NCBI GenBank assembly: GCA_963693365.1
Contig: CAVNZM010000003.1
Location: forward strand, 3,667,106-3,731,105
Reading direction: 5' to 3'
Source of the DNA: Amoebidium appalachense
Lineage: Eukaryota; Protista; Ichthyosporea
Length of the DNA: 64,000 nucleotides
Shown here: positions 1-27,889 of the stretch, piece by piece
Position numbering within the stretch: position 1 is the stretch's first letter
Layout of the letters: each line of letters starts with the position of its first letter
Translations under genes and position numbers: made by a program
Notes under the pieces: generated by a model
Database searches by the model: none
What the model was told of the DNA's origin: nothing
What the model saw: only the letters and a program-made list of their open reading frames with translations

Positions 1-289
1 TTATGCAAAATATATTGAGTGATAGTGGAGTTTTTTTTTAATAAAGAAAATGTGTTTCGAGAGTATTAAAAGGAAGGTGTTTGGTATGTTGCTCCTAACG
101 GTGAGCCCAGATATTGCATGAAAGGAGCGTTAATAATGGGTAGCTTAACTCAGGCATATATACTATTTGCAAATAGATACGGATAATGAGTGGCTTAACG
201 CAGGCACATACTGCAAAAAAAAGGGGGAATAATGGGTAGCTTAACGCAGGCACTTTGCAAACAAAAGGGGGGGTTAATGGGTGGCTTAC

Positions 290-12400
<12,111 letters not shown>

Positions 12401-13776
12401 GGCTAAAGTTTAATAAAGACTCTTGAGAAAATGTGGATGTTCTTTAAAAATCAGTGGATTATTGTTACACGTACAAATAGATGTCACCCACATATCTCGT
12501 GCGGTGGTGTGTGTGTGTGGGCGTGTGTAGTAACTAAGTAAGCACTATTAGCATTACTTCATTTGGCAAGTCACGGTTTCTTCCCTACGAGTTTAGTATT
12601 TGTGACAATAGCATTACAACTCCGGAGTATGGTAGCCGGTTAATTGGACGGTTGAGTCACTGTGCACGTGTAATACGGCTTGACAATGTGTCGAACTCAA
12701 CAAGGAGTCGTCATCGTTTAGGTAGGAGGTTTTCAATGTAGCACCAATAAAGGTCATAGTAGATCCAGTAGTAAACATTATGTAAGTTTGTGTAACACAG
12801 TAGGTGGCCTACTGACTGGTCCCAGGGGATGGGAGTGCCTTTCATAGTTTTCGACCGTAAACACTCGGATATTGTAGCACGAGGGCAAACAGCATGGGCG
12901 GGTGATAACGTTAACGGTAAATTTTAACTTCTTGGTTTCACACCACACTTATTTGGGGAGTGGAGTGCCTTCCATGCTAACACGGTGAGACCACAAGACT
13001 TCTGGTGCGTGGGGTGGAAGATTTTTTATCCGGTGGTTGGTCGCTACAGCCGTTTTCCCTTTCCGCGGCGTACTGGAAAACATTCCAATCACATTCCAAC
13101 GGACAAGGCTAACTTAGATTGATTTATTAGTCCAAAACTTAGTACATCTGTTAGGTGCATTGCACGTCGCACATACACATATCTACCGCCGATATAATGG
13201 GTAGTTCATATAAACTATGGCGGAATTTTTTTTTATATAGCTGCTCTTTTAGTATGGCATTTTTTGTATGGCATTTGCCCTGTTTTCCATTGTCGGTGCG
13301 GATCGTGCTAATGTGTGATGGAATGCATTTTATTTCTTCTTATCTTTTGGAATGCAGAATGATTCCATCTGCATGCCGGAGGTTTCGAGCAACATCAGGC
13401 CCAACGTTGCCGGCCAATTAATAATTCGACGCTTAAATCTACAAATTTTGTTTAGAAGTTCAATAAAACTAAAACCGATAGAGTAAGACTATACTTGTGG
13501 TCCATTTTTCTAAGAGCTAGCCTGTAGGGATGCTTATTTGTTGATCTCGATTCTCGAATCATGATGAGCACTCTGATTAGCCAATCATATTGCCCAAAAG
13601 TGAAATCTTTATCCGATCGAGATTCAAGAAGTTTCGGTCCTCTCGAACTCGCATTTGTCGAAGCTGCGAGGCAAGGAAGGGCCACCGAGAGGTTTACCCA
13701 ACACAGGGAGAGAGAGGGGGAAAAAAGAAAAAAAGAAAGAAAGAAAAAAATAACACACACAGCCGTTAAGCATTAG

Positions 13777-13829
<53 letters not shown>

Positions 13830-14769
13830 CTCAAGATTATACTCTAGGTACAGTGCACATGTACCGCTTGAACGTATGGTGCACACATACGGCGTGTGAT
13901 GGTGATTGATATCGACATATACATGCACACGTACGTACGGCGCCGTGCATTCGCATATCCGTTGTGGACGGCACTGGCAGACGTCGACTGGCTCAAGCGC
14001 TGGTCCAGTCACCGACTGGTAGACCAGCTGGCTGCAGCCTCGACGGCCATCTGAGACAGTGAGACCCACGTGCACAGAGCTGCAGCGATATCATGTTCTT
14101 TGTTTGTTTTACAAAAAACTCCTTTTTTATATATATGCCCCATATGCCCCTATAATTCTTTTATATTTTATATAAATACATAGTAGGCTCACGGACGCCG
14201 TGCGTGTAGTATTTATAATAAAACAAGCCCCTCAACCCCCCCCCCCTCCCCCCCAAACCTCCCCCTCCCCCCCTCCCCCCCCCCCCCCCCCCCCACTACA
14301 CACACACCCCCACCCACCCACCCACCAAACCCCACACCTTCCCCCCCCCCCCCTCCCCCCCCCCCCCTCCCCCCCTCCCCCCCCCCCCCCCCCCCCCCTA
14401 CCTACCACCACCACCATCAGTACTGTGGCTCTGTCACCGTACCGGGGCCAGAACAAAGATTTCCGAACGTTTTCGCACTCAATTATATTATCAACTTGAG
14501 TATTCGCCACCTCCCTGGCCGGGGCCAGTCTCCCCCAACCCCCCGGCCCCCCTGACGCTCAACCTCCCCCCCCCCCCCTCCCCCCCCTCTCCTACTACTT
14601 TAATAGACTCCTCCCCTCGGGCTCCAGTTAGAACCCATAGTACCCAACCCCCCCAACCCCCCCCCCCCCCCCCCGCCCCAAAAAGTTAAGGTCTATTACC
14701 GGATAGTATATTATAATTGGAGGATCCTGGATGTTGCAACGAGATTGAGGAGCATGTGTATATCATGAT

Positions 14770-15026
<257 letters not shown>

Positions 15027-15145
15027 ATGGTGGAATAATCCGATTTGTGTGGTAACATCACGGTGTGTGGAAGGGAGAGGGGGGGGGGGTGGGGGGGGGG
15101 GGCAGCAGAGAACTTCGAGTCCAACCCCCCGTTGTCTCTCTCCCC

Positions 15146-15176
<31 letters not shown>

Positions 15177-15679
15177 ACAAACACAGACTGCTCTCTTTGG
15201 TAAGGGGGAGACTGTTTTAAAAGACTCATCTGCTTGGAGTGTTGTGGGTCCCCTTCCCCCCCCCCCCCCCCCCCCCCGCAAATACCCCATTCCCCCCCCC
15301 CCCCCCCCCCCCCCCCCTTCTCCCCCCCCCCCCCTCCCCTCCCCCGCCTCGGGCTTCTTCCCTATTAGAATCTCCGTAGAAGGCCCCTTCTCCCCATGAA
15401 CCAACTTCGTGCCTGACCAAAATAGAAATGTTTTGGGCAAAAGTTTATCGTGCTCCCGGACCTGTGAACGTGTGTGTATGCAGGCATGTTTGTGTCATCT
15501 CACCGTGTCACTGAACGACAATGTGTGGTTATGCAATCAGGCTCTGTTTGCTTGTGTTTGGCTTTTTAGGGGGCATGCCACGGCGTGCCGGTGTTCATCA
15601 TGCGGTGTGTGTGAACATACTATGTTGTGTGGCCGCAGAATTCCAATGTAAGACCGTGCTACTCTATTATAATAATAGA

Positions 15680-17022
<1,343 letters not shown>

Positions 17023-18388
17023 GGTGGGGATCGGTGCAAATCAGTCAATGATTTTCATCCTTTCCTGTTTCCTATGAAGGAGGTATTTCGATGCAGTGGC
17101 AATTTTTTGTCTATTTTTTTACAGTCATTTTTAACTTACAAAACCCAACACTGTATCATCTGCAAGTCATGCGCATCGTAGCGAGCCCGAAAGACCATCA
17201 CAACAGCAGCTACTGAAAAGTATCTGAGGTGAAAGAGCAAAAAAAAAACCCACAAGATAACGAAGAGCCATGAAAGGGTCGAAGTTCGCATCACAATTCC
17301 CCAGACATTAGCTCACCGACTCCGTGGAACCGAGCCTCATCCCGGTCTCACTCATTCTCCTCCCCCCCCCCCCCCCCCCCCCCCTCCTCCTCCCCCCCCC
17401 GCCGCCCCCCGACCCACCCACCCACCCTGCCCCCACCCTCCCACACACAACACGTGCACATGTACACACACACGCACACAGTGTCCACTGGCTGGCTGGG
17501 CCAGGTGGGTGTGAATTCAGTGGGGGGTTTATTAGTATTAGACTTGTAAGTTCGCTGATAATATTAATTACTATGTACTACGGCGACGTTCACACGACAA
17601 CAGATGTACAACGGGCAATGCCTCTATGGGGGTCACTCAGGCCCAAAAAAGAACGAAAAATTCTCCTTGCCAAAAAAACACTTATTTAAGAGTTTCATAT
17701 TCTGCCGACAATAATGTGTAGTGCGCATGTACATGTACATAGTCATTGCATGGGTGCACGCACACGTGATTCGATCTCAAGCACCCGGGTCTTGCCCAAA
17801 AAATCAACCAATAGCTTTACATGACAAAATCTCATTGGATGTTCAGTTTGCCCAATCAACGAGTAGGTTCAAAATATTTTTACATATTTTTTGCTATCAC
17901 AGTTCTATGACGTCAAACGTAAATACATTGTTGTTGTCGCATCGATGTTGTTGTACATTGTGACAGATGTGTACTTGAATTTAGCTGTTACATAAACATG
18001 CACATTCAGTAGGTTGTTTTTTCTTGCGAACCTAAAAGCTTACTATTCTGGTTTTTGTAGGGTAATATATTGTTGATCTAAATTCCCTCACTGTTCTTGA
18101 TAAATGGCAATGCGAATCTGATTGGTCAACATTTATAATAACCAATTATATCTATTTATAATCACTTAGAGATCTTGCTTACTTTGTCGAACATTTCTAT
18201 TGGATAGCTTATTCCCACGTAACAAGTATATAAGCGTGAGAAGTATGAAGGCTTCCTCACTTTCAAAGTTTCGAGTATTCAATGACCGGGAGCCGCGGAT
18301 CCCCGTTTCCGCTTGAATATCGCTTATATATTTGTCGTGATAATTATTAGAAACCCCGGCAATACCTTTTTACTTGTGTTATGTAACA

Positions 18389-19063
18389 ATGCCTGCTGGT
18401 GACGTGATTTCCAGAGGGTTCACAAACCTCCGAGAAGCCACCCGCAAAGCGAACATCACACGAAACGTCCACAAAGCGAAATGGGCCTCCGACGCATGCG
18501 CAGCGCTATCACACCTAGCGTCGTCAACCTCGAGCGTACACATGAACGAAAAGTCAAGATGTATTGACATCAGAGACACAGTTGTTGGTTTTGTAGACGT
18601 TCGTGAAATCGACGAAGGCTCATATGGAAGGCTGTGCGCGCCTGCGCTGCGCCTGCGAGGAATGCACAAGCCCGAATCCGTCAAAACGCTCAAACACCAC
18701 GCGGGAACGGAACCACGTCTGCTGGCAGTGAACCTCGACGAGGGACACATAGTTCTTTACAAATACAAAAGGACGCGTGTGAACAACGACTCCGCAAACG
18801 TACAATTTTGCGCAGACCCTCTTTTTAGCGTAAACAGCGGCAAGGCTCCGGTCATGCCAAGCAACATGGTTGTGTGCCGCGCTTCAAACTCGCCTGGAGA
18901 GATGGCAAGGGAGACGTTCTTCGTACGGATAAGAAATTCGTACACAAAAAGCGGCGTTTTTGTTGATAGATACTATGTGGTGGTGGTTGATATGATAGCA
19001 GAGCACCAGCCGCTGTTGAAGTGGATGGAGGCACAGGCTTTGAAAACTATTGGTTCCAAGTAA
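18389..19063 (+). CDS. Intronless 224-aa protein with a probable C-terminal PH-like domain
   Basis: Clean high-complexity ORF in repeat-rich surroundings, ATG at 18389, TATA-like GTATATAAG at about 18226-18234. The segment PRLLAVNLDEGHIVLYKY...FFVRIRN...YYVVVVD...QPLLKWMEAQ fits the PH pattern of beta strands plus a terminal helix with a conserved Trp. The domain call is by eye. Confidence 0.6.
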   Translation: MPAGDVISRGFTNLREATRKANITRNVHKAKWASDACAALSHLASSTSSVHMNEKSRCIDIRDTVVGFVDVREIDEGSYGRLCAPALRLRGMHKPESVKTLKHHAGTEPRLLAVNLDEGHIVLYKYKRTRVNNDSANVQFCADPLFSVNSGKAPVMPSNMVVCRASNSPGEMARETFFVRIRNSYTKSGVFVDRYYVVVVDMIAEHQPLLKWMEAQALKTIGSK

Positions 19064-19494
19064 TATATATGGGTGGGCTGGGAGGAAATTTTACTATGAT
19101 CAGTGATTTATAAGAACTAGTAATTTACGTAAGACCAGCAAATAATTTGAATGAAGCAAATAACTAGTTGCAAAAATTATACACAAATATTATGAAATGA
19201 TAAAGAACTGGTGTGCCGTTTTCAGCCATCCTTATAGATGAGAAACAAACTGAGTCATGCAATTAGTATAGAACAAACGGATTCGTTGAAACGAAGAAAA
19301 CTGCCCCTACGAATAAAACTGCGAAGTTCACGGTGAAAGGCCTTTCTCGAGCTCGAACCTTGTGTAACACATTGTTCTTCTTTGGTGTTATTACACTCTG
19401 TATTCCATGCTATAGCAAAATCTTTTGTTCTACCCTGATATCTTAAACATGTATCAAACAATACAGCTAGCATATATAAAGAGATCCTGCGCTC

Positions 19495-19780
<286 letters not shown>

Positions 19781-21026
19781 GTAACATCAACACATTACTT
19801 GAATCGGTTAGAAGAAGAAAACAAAAAAGAGAAAGAGCTACTGTAATGCCGTTTCTCATTGGTGTCTGGTCCTTAAGTGACACATTTGGGTTTGTATCGG
19901 GTAAAATTTTTTTACCTAAGTACAAACAAAAATGGAACCATTCAAGAAAATCTACGTTACTGCATCTCGTTGTGTCCCCCCCGCCCCCCCCTCTCCCCCC
20001 TCCCCCCTCCCCCCTCCCCTTCCTCTCTTTCTCTCTCTCTCTCTTTCTCTCTTTTTTTGGGGGGGGGAGGAAGGGGGGGGGGGGGGGGGTTGGCAAAGGG
20101 AAGGGAGGGGGGAGGGGGAAAGAGGGGGGTGGTGGGGGATATTGTAATTATTTGCCAACGTCATTGATGTAGGTCCTCTGGACCTTTGACCCGTGAATAG
20201 GACTCCTGCTTTGGATTCAAAAAAAAAAAAAAAAAAAAAAAAAAAGTGGTCGGAATTGCATTGGTGGGGCTTCTTTATTTCGGATCACGGAATCTGTGAG
20301 TTCTTCTGATTATGATCTGGTAGGAAGGAGAGAGCCTCAAGGGGGTTGTCGGGGGGATGCAAAATGCGCCTTAGTTTAGAGTGCGCAGATGGGCGTCCGG
20401 GGAGGGGGGGGGGGGGGGGCAGGGGTGGGCTGAGAAGGAGCCCAAGAGAGAGGGGAGGGGGGGGGGGGGGGGGGGGGGGGGGTATGGGGATGTTGTGGCC
20501 AGGCGGAAGGATGAAGGGCGGGAAACGGGGGAGGGGGGGGGGGGGGGGGGAGGGGCTGGCATCAAGTGACATCTGAGTTTGGTCCTTTCGGCCACTGGCT
20601 GTGTGTGCATGAGAATGCTACTCCGCATATGGGTGGAGGTTGTGATGGTGTATGCATAAGGGTGGGTGTTTTTTTTTTTACCCAGATACTGGGGGGGAAC
20701 GATGGGCGGGGGGGTGGGGGGGGGGGGGGGGGGGGAGGGGGGGAGGGGGGAGGGGGGGGGGGGGAGGGGGCAGAGGTGGGCGAGAGGGCAGAGAGAAGGG
20801 AAGGTGGGATGGGAGTGGAGGGAAAACGGGGGGGTTTGGGAGGGAAGACGGCTGTAGAGGGAGTGGATTAGAAGGGATTAGGAAGGGGGGTGTTTGGGGG
20901 GAGGGGGGAGGGAGAGAAGGGTACAGTATTCATGGTTTAAAGGTGCCACCATTTATGGAGACCTAATTTGCCTTGTGTGCGTGCCCATATGTGTGTGTTT
21001 TGTGCTCTTTCATGTGTGGTGTGTGT

Positions 21027-21072
<46 letters not shown>

Positions 21073-21418
21073 GGGTGAGAGGGGGGGGGGGGGAGGGAGC
21101 TCAGAGGTTTGTGTGTGTATCCCCAGGGAAAAGGGGGGGAAAGGGGGGGGGGGGAGGGGAGTGGGTACAAAAGAAAAAGTGGCAATGAGAAGTTTAGTAA
21201 ACAGGAAGGTGAAGAGATACACGCTGATGTACATGAGTGCATGCCGACCCCTGTAACGGATGGTTTGTGCTTGTTTTACTGTGTGTCTGTACGTGAGTGT
21301 ATACGTGCGCATGGGTTCCTCAACTACACAAAAATTGATATAGTGGAGTCGTATGTCAAGGAAGGAGACACGTGCTATCATGCACATTTTCCTTCCTCCC
21401 TCTCCCTCTCTCTCCCTC

Positions 21419-21460
<42 letters not shown>

Positions 21461-21697
21461 CCCCCCCCCTCTTTCCCCTCTCACTCTCTCTCCCCCCCCC
21501 CCCCCCCCCCCCCCCCCCCCACACACACACACCAACACCCCCTTCCCTTTCTCCTCTCTCCCTCCCCCACCTCCCCGGGCCCCCCTTATTCCTGCCCCTT
21601 AGATCTCTCTATCTCTCTAGTTACTGGGTCTCGATCTCTCTTTTCTTCAGTTTGCAATTTTTTTTGGTGACATTCAAGTTTTTCAATTCATCCCCCC

Positions 21698-21746
<49 letters not shown>

Positions 21747-21939
21747 CCCCCCCCCCTCCCCCCCCCCCTCCCCTTGCTTTTTGGCTTCGTTTCAGGTCCG
21801 GGAGGAGAAAGGGAGAGAATGAGATCACGATGCTACTATGTAAATAGTTCATCTCCCCCTAAGTTGCTCGGGTTGCTTCCTCTCTTCAAAATTCTCCCAG
21901 GAAAAGCAGATATACAGACAACACTTGTTTGTTTTTCAA

Positions 21940-22400
<461 letters not shown>

Positions 22401-22639
22401 CACGCACACCGGGGGGAGGGGGGAGGCCCGGGGATGGTATTGTGGGGGTTATTGCAGGTATGTATGGTTTTGTTCCCAGTAATTGTTTAAAAAAAAAGGT
22501 TCCAAGTGCTGTGTTTCTGTCATGTGTTTCATATCCTGACGGGATGAGGGGACGGGCGAACTTCATAGGAGTTTATCACAGTGTTAGACTGTGACTCTGA
22601 TTGCGGTTTTTTTAGGGTGGGATGGGGGGATGGGGGGGG

Positions 22640-23404
22640 TGTTGGACATTGTGTTCATAGAAGCTAGTTCTAGTGCACGTTGTTCCTTCTGTAAGTCAGA
22701 AATGATTGCATCTTGTGAGGCCAACCTCTGCTCCAGTAGTTGGACTAGTTGCTGCAACTGTAAGTTGTCAGACATAGTGTCGTGTATGATGGGTAACTAG
22801 TCTATGTGTTTTGTGCACTGGAAACGACAGTAGAAAAGTGTAAATCAAACGTTCTGCTTCCCATGTTTGTGACATGGGAGGCACTGCTTTATATAGTCGT
22901 TGGCCACCTCATGGTGGCCTCGTGTGCACCCTGGTGGTGGGCCATGTACAGCATGGCCGAAAAGAGAGCACAATGAAAACAAGTCGTTAAAGATATAAAA
23001 GTTAACTGTGCACGTTGAGTGGCTAGTTAACTTGCACTAAAGCACACAAATAAACGTGTTTAACACACCAATTGCAGTTAAACGTAAATCTTGCTTCACA
23101 CAACTAAAAATATTCTGAGAATATCCGGGAATAAAGCACACTACCACTCTAAGAATAGAATCCTGTGGCAAATATAGACATGACATCATCTGAACCGGGA
23201 ATATTAATTAATGAGCACAATTAGCACGTTGCTAGTGAAGCTCGTCATTGGTACAGTTTTGGCTCAAACATATAACTACCATATATGAATATGACCGTAA
23301 ACAAAAGCTCTATGCACTCGAGTGAGTGTTGAAACAGTTATTCAATTGCTCAGAAACTTTCTCTAACAGACATTGCTAGCCGGGAGTACCAGTGTACTCC
23401 AACA
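22640..23404 (-). repeat. 3' LTR of the copia element
   Basis: Direct repeat of 27754-28518 with TG...CA ends. Confidence 0.96.
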
Positions 23405-23590
23405 CCCCTACTCAATTGGATAATTGTGGTATGAATTAATGCAACTGAGCTCGAGTGCTTCAGGTGCACAAAATACAGACAATAAAGATTCCCCTACTCA
23501 ATTTTAGTATGGTACACGTAGTTGCACAGTCGGATGCAACTCTCTCCCCCCCCCTGAAGTATGAGGGCGCAGTTGGTTGATGACGGGTGC

Positions 23591-26500
23591 TCAGCACATG
23601 TTGAGCATCCCCACGGCCTTGGTGAAGAAAGAGGCAGACAGGGCCTTGGTGAACATGTCGGCCTTGTTGTCAGCAGAAGCCACCGGGACCACAGTGATGT
23701 TGCCCAGCAGGTGATGTTCCTTGACGGAGCAGTAGCGGACGTCGATGTGCTTGGTCTTGGGCTTAACCCCCAGGGTGTCCAGCAGGGCCCGGGCAGACTC
23801 ATTGTCCCCATGGATGGGCACCGGGGTGGGCTCATTGATAGGATTAAGGCCCAGGTCGTCCATCACATAGTTGAGCCATAGGGCCTCGTTCGTAGCAGCA
23901 GACATGGCCACAAATTCAGCCTCAGTGGAGCTGTGGGTGGTGATGGACTGGAGCCGAGACACCCAGGACACAGGGGAGGAGTTTATGAAGAAGACATAGC
24001 CCGTGGTGGAGCGCCGGGTGTCGCGGTCCTCGGCGTAGTCGGAGTCGGAGTAGCCAACAAGGTTGGGGGGGCCGGGACGGTAGACAATACCCAGGTCGAT
24101 GGTGGCCAGCAGGTAGCTTACAACTCTGGTAGCCATAGTCCAGTGGGTGACGGTGGGCGCATGAATGTGTCGAGTAAGGACTCCCAGAGCCTGGGAAATG
24201 TCGGGGCGGGTGGTACGCGCAATCCACAGCAGGGCACCGACCAGGCTGGCATAGTCCTCCTTCTTGCTGTAGGCTGGGGTCTTGTTGCTTTCACTGGCCT
24301 GGCCCGGGACGATGGGGGTCTTGGTGCCGGACATGTGGGTGAGACGAAAACGGGCAGCCAAGTCGATGATGTGTTGACGATGGCCCAGACGCAGAGACCC
24401 GTCCTCCAGCCAGGTAAGAGTGTGCCCGATGAGCAGGGTAGGACGACCCAGGTCCTTGGCAGAGAAACGAGCATCCAGCTTGGTGAAAAAATCGTCGATG
24501 AGCGCATCAGTGGCGGCCGTCACGGTGAAGTCATCCACGTAGGCAGCAAGGGCAATAAATGTTGGGGTCCCGGCATTCTTGATGAACAGGCACGGGTCAG
24601 CAGCACTCACAATGAAGCCTTGGTCGAGGAGATGGTCACGGAGGGCCTCATACCACTGGCGCGGTGCCTGTTTTAGGCCGTAGAGCGCCTTGTGGAGCAA
24701 GCCGACAGCATGGGGGGCCGAGGGGTTGACGAAGCCAGGGGGCTGCTCAATGTAGATGGTCTCGTTGACGGTGCCGTTGAGGAATGCTGTGTTGACGTCG
24801 ATGTGGCGCAGAGGCAGACCTTGGGCCACGGAGGTAGCCAAAACCAGCCGGATGGTAGCCAGCGCAGCCACAGGTGACTCGGTGACGAAATAGTCCTGGC
24901 CAGGCTGCTGGTAGTTGCCCCGGGCCACAAGCCGGGCCTTGAAAGCAGTGACGTTGCCGACGTTGTCCTGCTTGACCGTAAAGACCCAGCCGACCGGAAT
25001 GACAGTGGAGCCATCCTCTGGACGGGGCACAAGGGTGAAGGTGCCGTTGTCTTCCAGGGCCTTGAGCTCACGGTGTGCAGCCTCCTCCCATTTCAGACGC
25101 TGGGGACTCTTGAGTGCAGCCCGGACAGTCTTGGGGACAACAATGGTGGAAGCCTTGATGGGTGTTGATGCAGGAGCCGTAGCCTGGGGGGCAAGGGGGG
25201 CCGTAGCAGCAGCCACGTTGGCAGTCGGGCCTCGACGTTGGTCGTTGTACACAGCGCCACTACGGGTCGTCCGGGGGAGCCGATGTGCAGGCTCGGGCAG
25301 GATCGGAATGTCCAATTGATCACTCGGCGCTGTCCCATTGGCTGACAGACGAGACGAATCAGATTGCTGATCATTCCGGACGATGTGATTGGCTGGCTGA
25401 TTTGACGAATCAGATGACTCCAAAAAATGATGAATTGCCGGTGCGGTCGACCAATCAGATGGGACATCACGGAGGGGGTGCAGAATAGCAGCCTCGTCGA
25501 ACTGCACGTCACGGCTGACGGTCATCTTGTGTGCTGCTGGAATCCAGACCTTGTAGCCCTTGATGTTAGGAGGGTAGCCCACGAAGACGCCCTTGACGGC
25601 ACGAGGCGCCAGTTTCGGTGTATCCTGTTGATGGACGTAGCAGGGAGAGCCCCAGACACGGAGCCGGCTGTAGTCGGGAGGAATGCCGGTCCACAGCAGA
25701 GCGGGAGACGATTGGCTGCCGGTGGCTCGCGACGGGAGCATGTTGCGTATAAAAGCCGCGGTCACAGCTGCCTCGGCCCAGAATCCCACCGGAAGGCCGG
25801 ACTGCTGCAGGAGTGCCCGAACCATGTCGAGGAGGGTCCGGTTCAGTCGTTCGGCAGTCCCATTCTGTTGAGGAGAGCCGGTGGTAGTGATCTGATGGCG
25901 AATGCCATGCTCACGGTTGTAGTCCCCGAAGGCCGTGCCCATGTACTCGCCCCCCCCCGTCGGACTGAAACACCTGCATGGGAACACCGTGTTGGGTAAC
26001 CGCCGCCTTGTGGTACGTCACATATGCAGCCAGTGTGTCCGACTTCTTGACGAGGGGCACGGCCGTGGTGTGGCCGGTGAATTCGTCGTGGAACGTCGCC
26101 AAGTACTGAGCACCACCGATCGCGGGAGGGAAGGGGCCGCTGATGTCGCTGTGAACCTTGGCTAGGACCCGGGGAGCTTGGCTAGTTGATTCGGAGAAGG
26201 CAACACGGTGGGCTTTGCCGAGGGCACAGGGCTCACACACACCCGGAGACTTGGCACCGCCACCCACCAACAGGCCTGCAGACTTGATGACCGAGCGTAC
26301 AGCGTCAATGCCAGCATGGCCCAGACGGTAGTGCCACGTGTTGAGGTCGGCAGTAACCTTGAGGATACGCGGAGCAGTGGTGGTTTGGGCGTCCGGGGTT
26401 GTGTCCGCGCGCAGAAGAGACACCGCCATGTGGTACAGCTTGGTGCCGACAGCCGAGCCGGTGGCCAGAATTTGATCGCCGTAGCACAACTTAACGCCGC

Positions 26501-27889
26501 CGCGGGTGTCAAAGCGGGGTAAAACACCGTTGGTAGTTGCCGTGAACACACTGATGAGAGTGTCGGGGATGGAGGGCACGTAGAGTACATCCGTCAGCTG
26601 ATGCACCGCAGTAACGCCGTCGATGGTGCTGGAAAAGAACACGTCGCCCACCCCAAGCACTGCACATGCACCCTTGTCGGCTACTTGGACCGTGGAGTAA
26701 GGCGCCGCACGCATGTTGATGAACACATCGGGCCGGGGGCACACATGGTCAGTGGCTCCAGAGTCGAGGAGCACCTTGTTGGTGCCACAGTCGTTGCTAG
26801 ACATGAGGAAAGCCCGGGGAGCGGCAGCCCCCCCTTGCACTGTGCCGTAGTGTGGGTAGTAGAGGCAGGGTGGTTGATGCAGGACCCAGGCAGGAGGGGA
26901 CCACCCTTAGGTTTGCGGCCGTTGGCACGGTTGCCCCCCTTGCACATGGCGGTAGTGTGACTGGTAGACAGTGGGTGGTTGACGCAGGAACCCTTGGGGT
27001 AGGTGCTGGCACGGTTGTTGCCAGAGTTGCTGTGTTGGCCGTTGCCGTTGGGGCACTGAGACTTGATGTGGCCTGGTTTGCCGCAGCCGTGGCAGATGAC
27101 AGGTTGAGGAGCCCGTGTGGTGAAGGCGGCCGGCCCGGAGCTGGTAGTCACACGTGCACGTGGGTGGCTGGTCTCATATGCCCGTAGCTGTTGGAGGAGG
27201 CCCATCACGGTAGGCTTGGGTGTCATCTTGTAGGCAATTACAGGCATTTCGTAGTAAGGCACCTTGCCGAGGTCGTTGGTGAGCTTGGTCAGCACTTGAG
27301 CATCACCAATTTGTGTGCCGTAATCGGCCAGGCGCCGCACGTAGCCGCGGAGTTTCATGGCGTATTTCGTCGCGGTGTCCGTAGGTTCAGGCGTAGAATT
27401 CATGTACAGCCCGATAAGGTCGTACTGATTGGCCTCAGATTGCTCCAGGTAGTGGGCAGATAGGGCCGACCATATCTCCGCAGGTGTGGTGGTGCGTGTT
27501 AACCCTAGGATACAACGCACGTCAATCGAGAGTGCTTGCCACAGGTAGGAACGGGCAGTGTCGACCTGTTCACGGGTAGCCGGGTGCTCCGTACTGGGCG
27601 CGATGGTGTGGAGAAGACCAGCACCAGAAAGCTGGACATACATGGTTTCGGCCCATGTGTGGTAGTCCGTGCCTGAATCATTATCAATGCCAGTGAAGAG
27701 AGGGATGTCGACCTTGAACTTGATGGAATCATTACGTGAGGGGCCCATAACCCTGTTGGACATTGTGTTCATAGAAGCTAGTTCTAGTGCACGTTGTTCC
27801 TTCTGTAAGTCAGAAATGATTGCATCTTGTGAGGCCAACCTCTGCTCCAGTAGTTGGACTAGTTGCTGCAACTGTAAGTTGTCAGACAT
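23591..27889 (-). CDS. Copia gag-pol polyprotein, split into three frames at two G homopolymers
   Basis: CCHC knuckle CHGCGKPGHIKSQC, protease LLDSGAT, GAG-pre-integrase WHYRLGH...CEPC, integrase VHSDISGP/SDGGGEY/PQQNGTAERLN, RT KARLVARG/YGLKQAPRQW/YVDD, RNase H YSDSDYA/TKHID. Frame changes fall at the C7 run near 26828-26834 and the C9 run near 25950-25958. Confidence 0.93.

Noticed and set aside
23933-27463. Long plus-strand ORFs antisense to copia pol (also 29244-30212 antisense to the protease)
   Set aside because: Expected from GC3-rich codon usage on the coding strand; no domain features.
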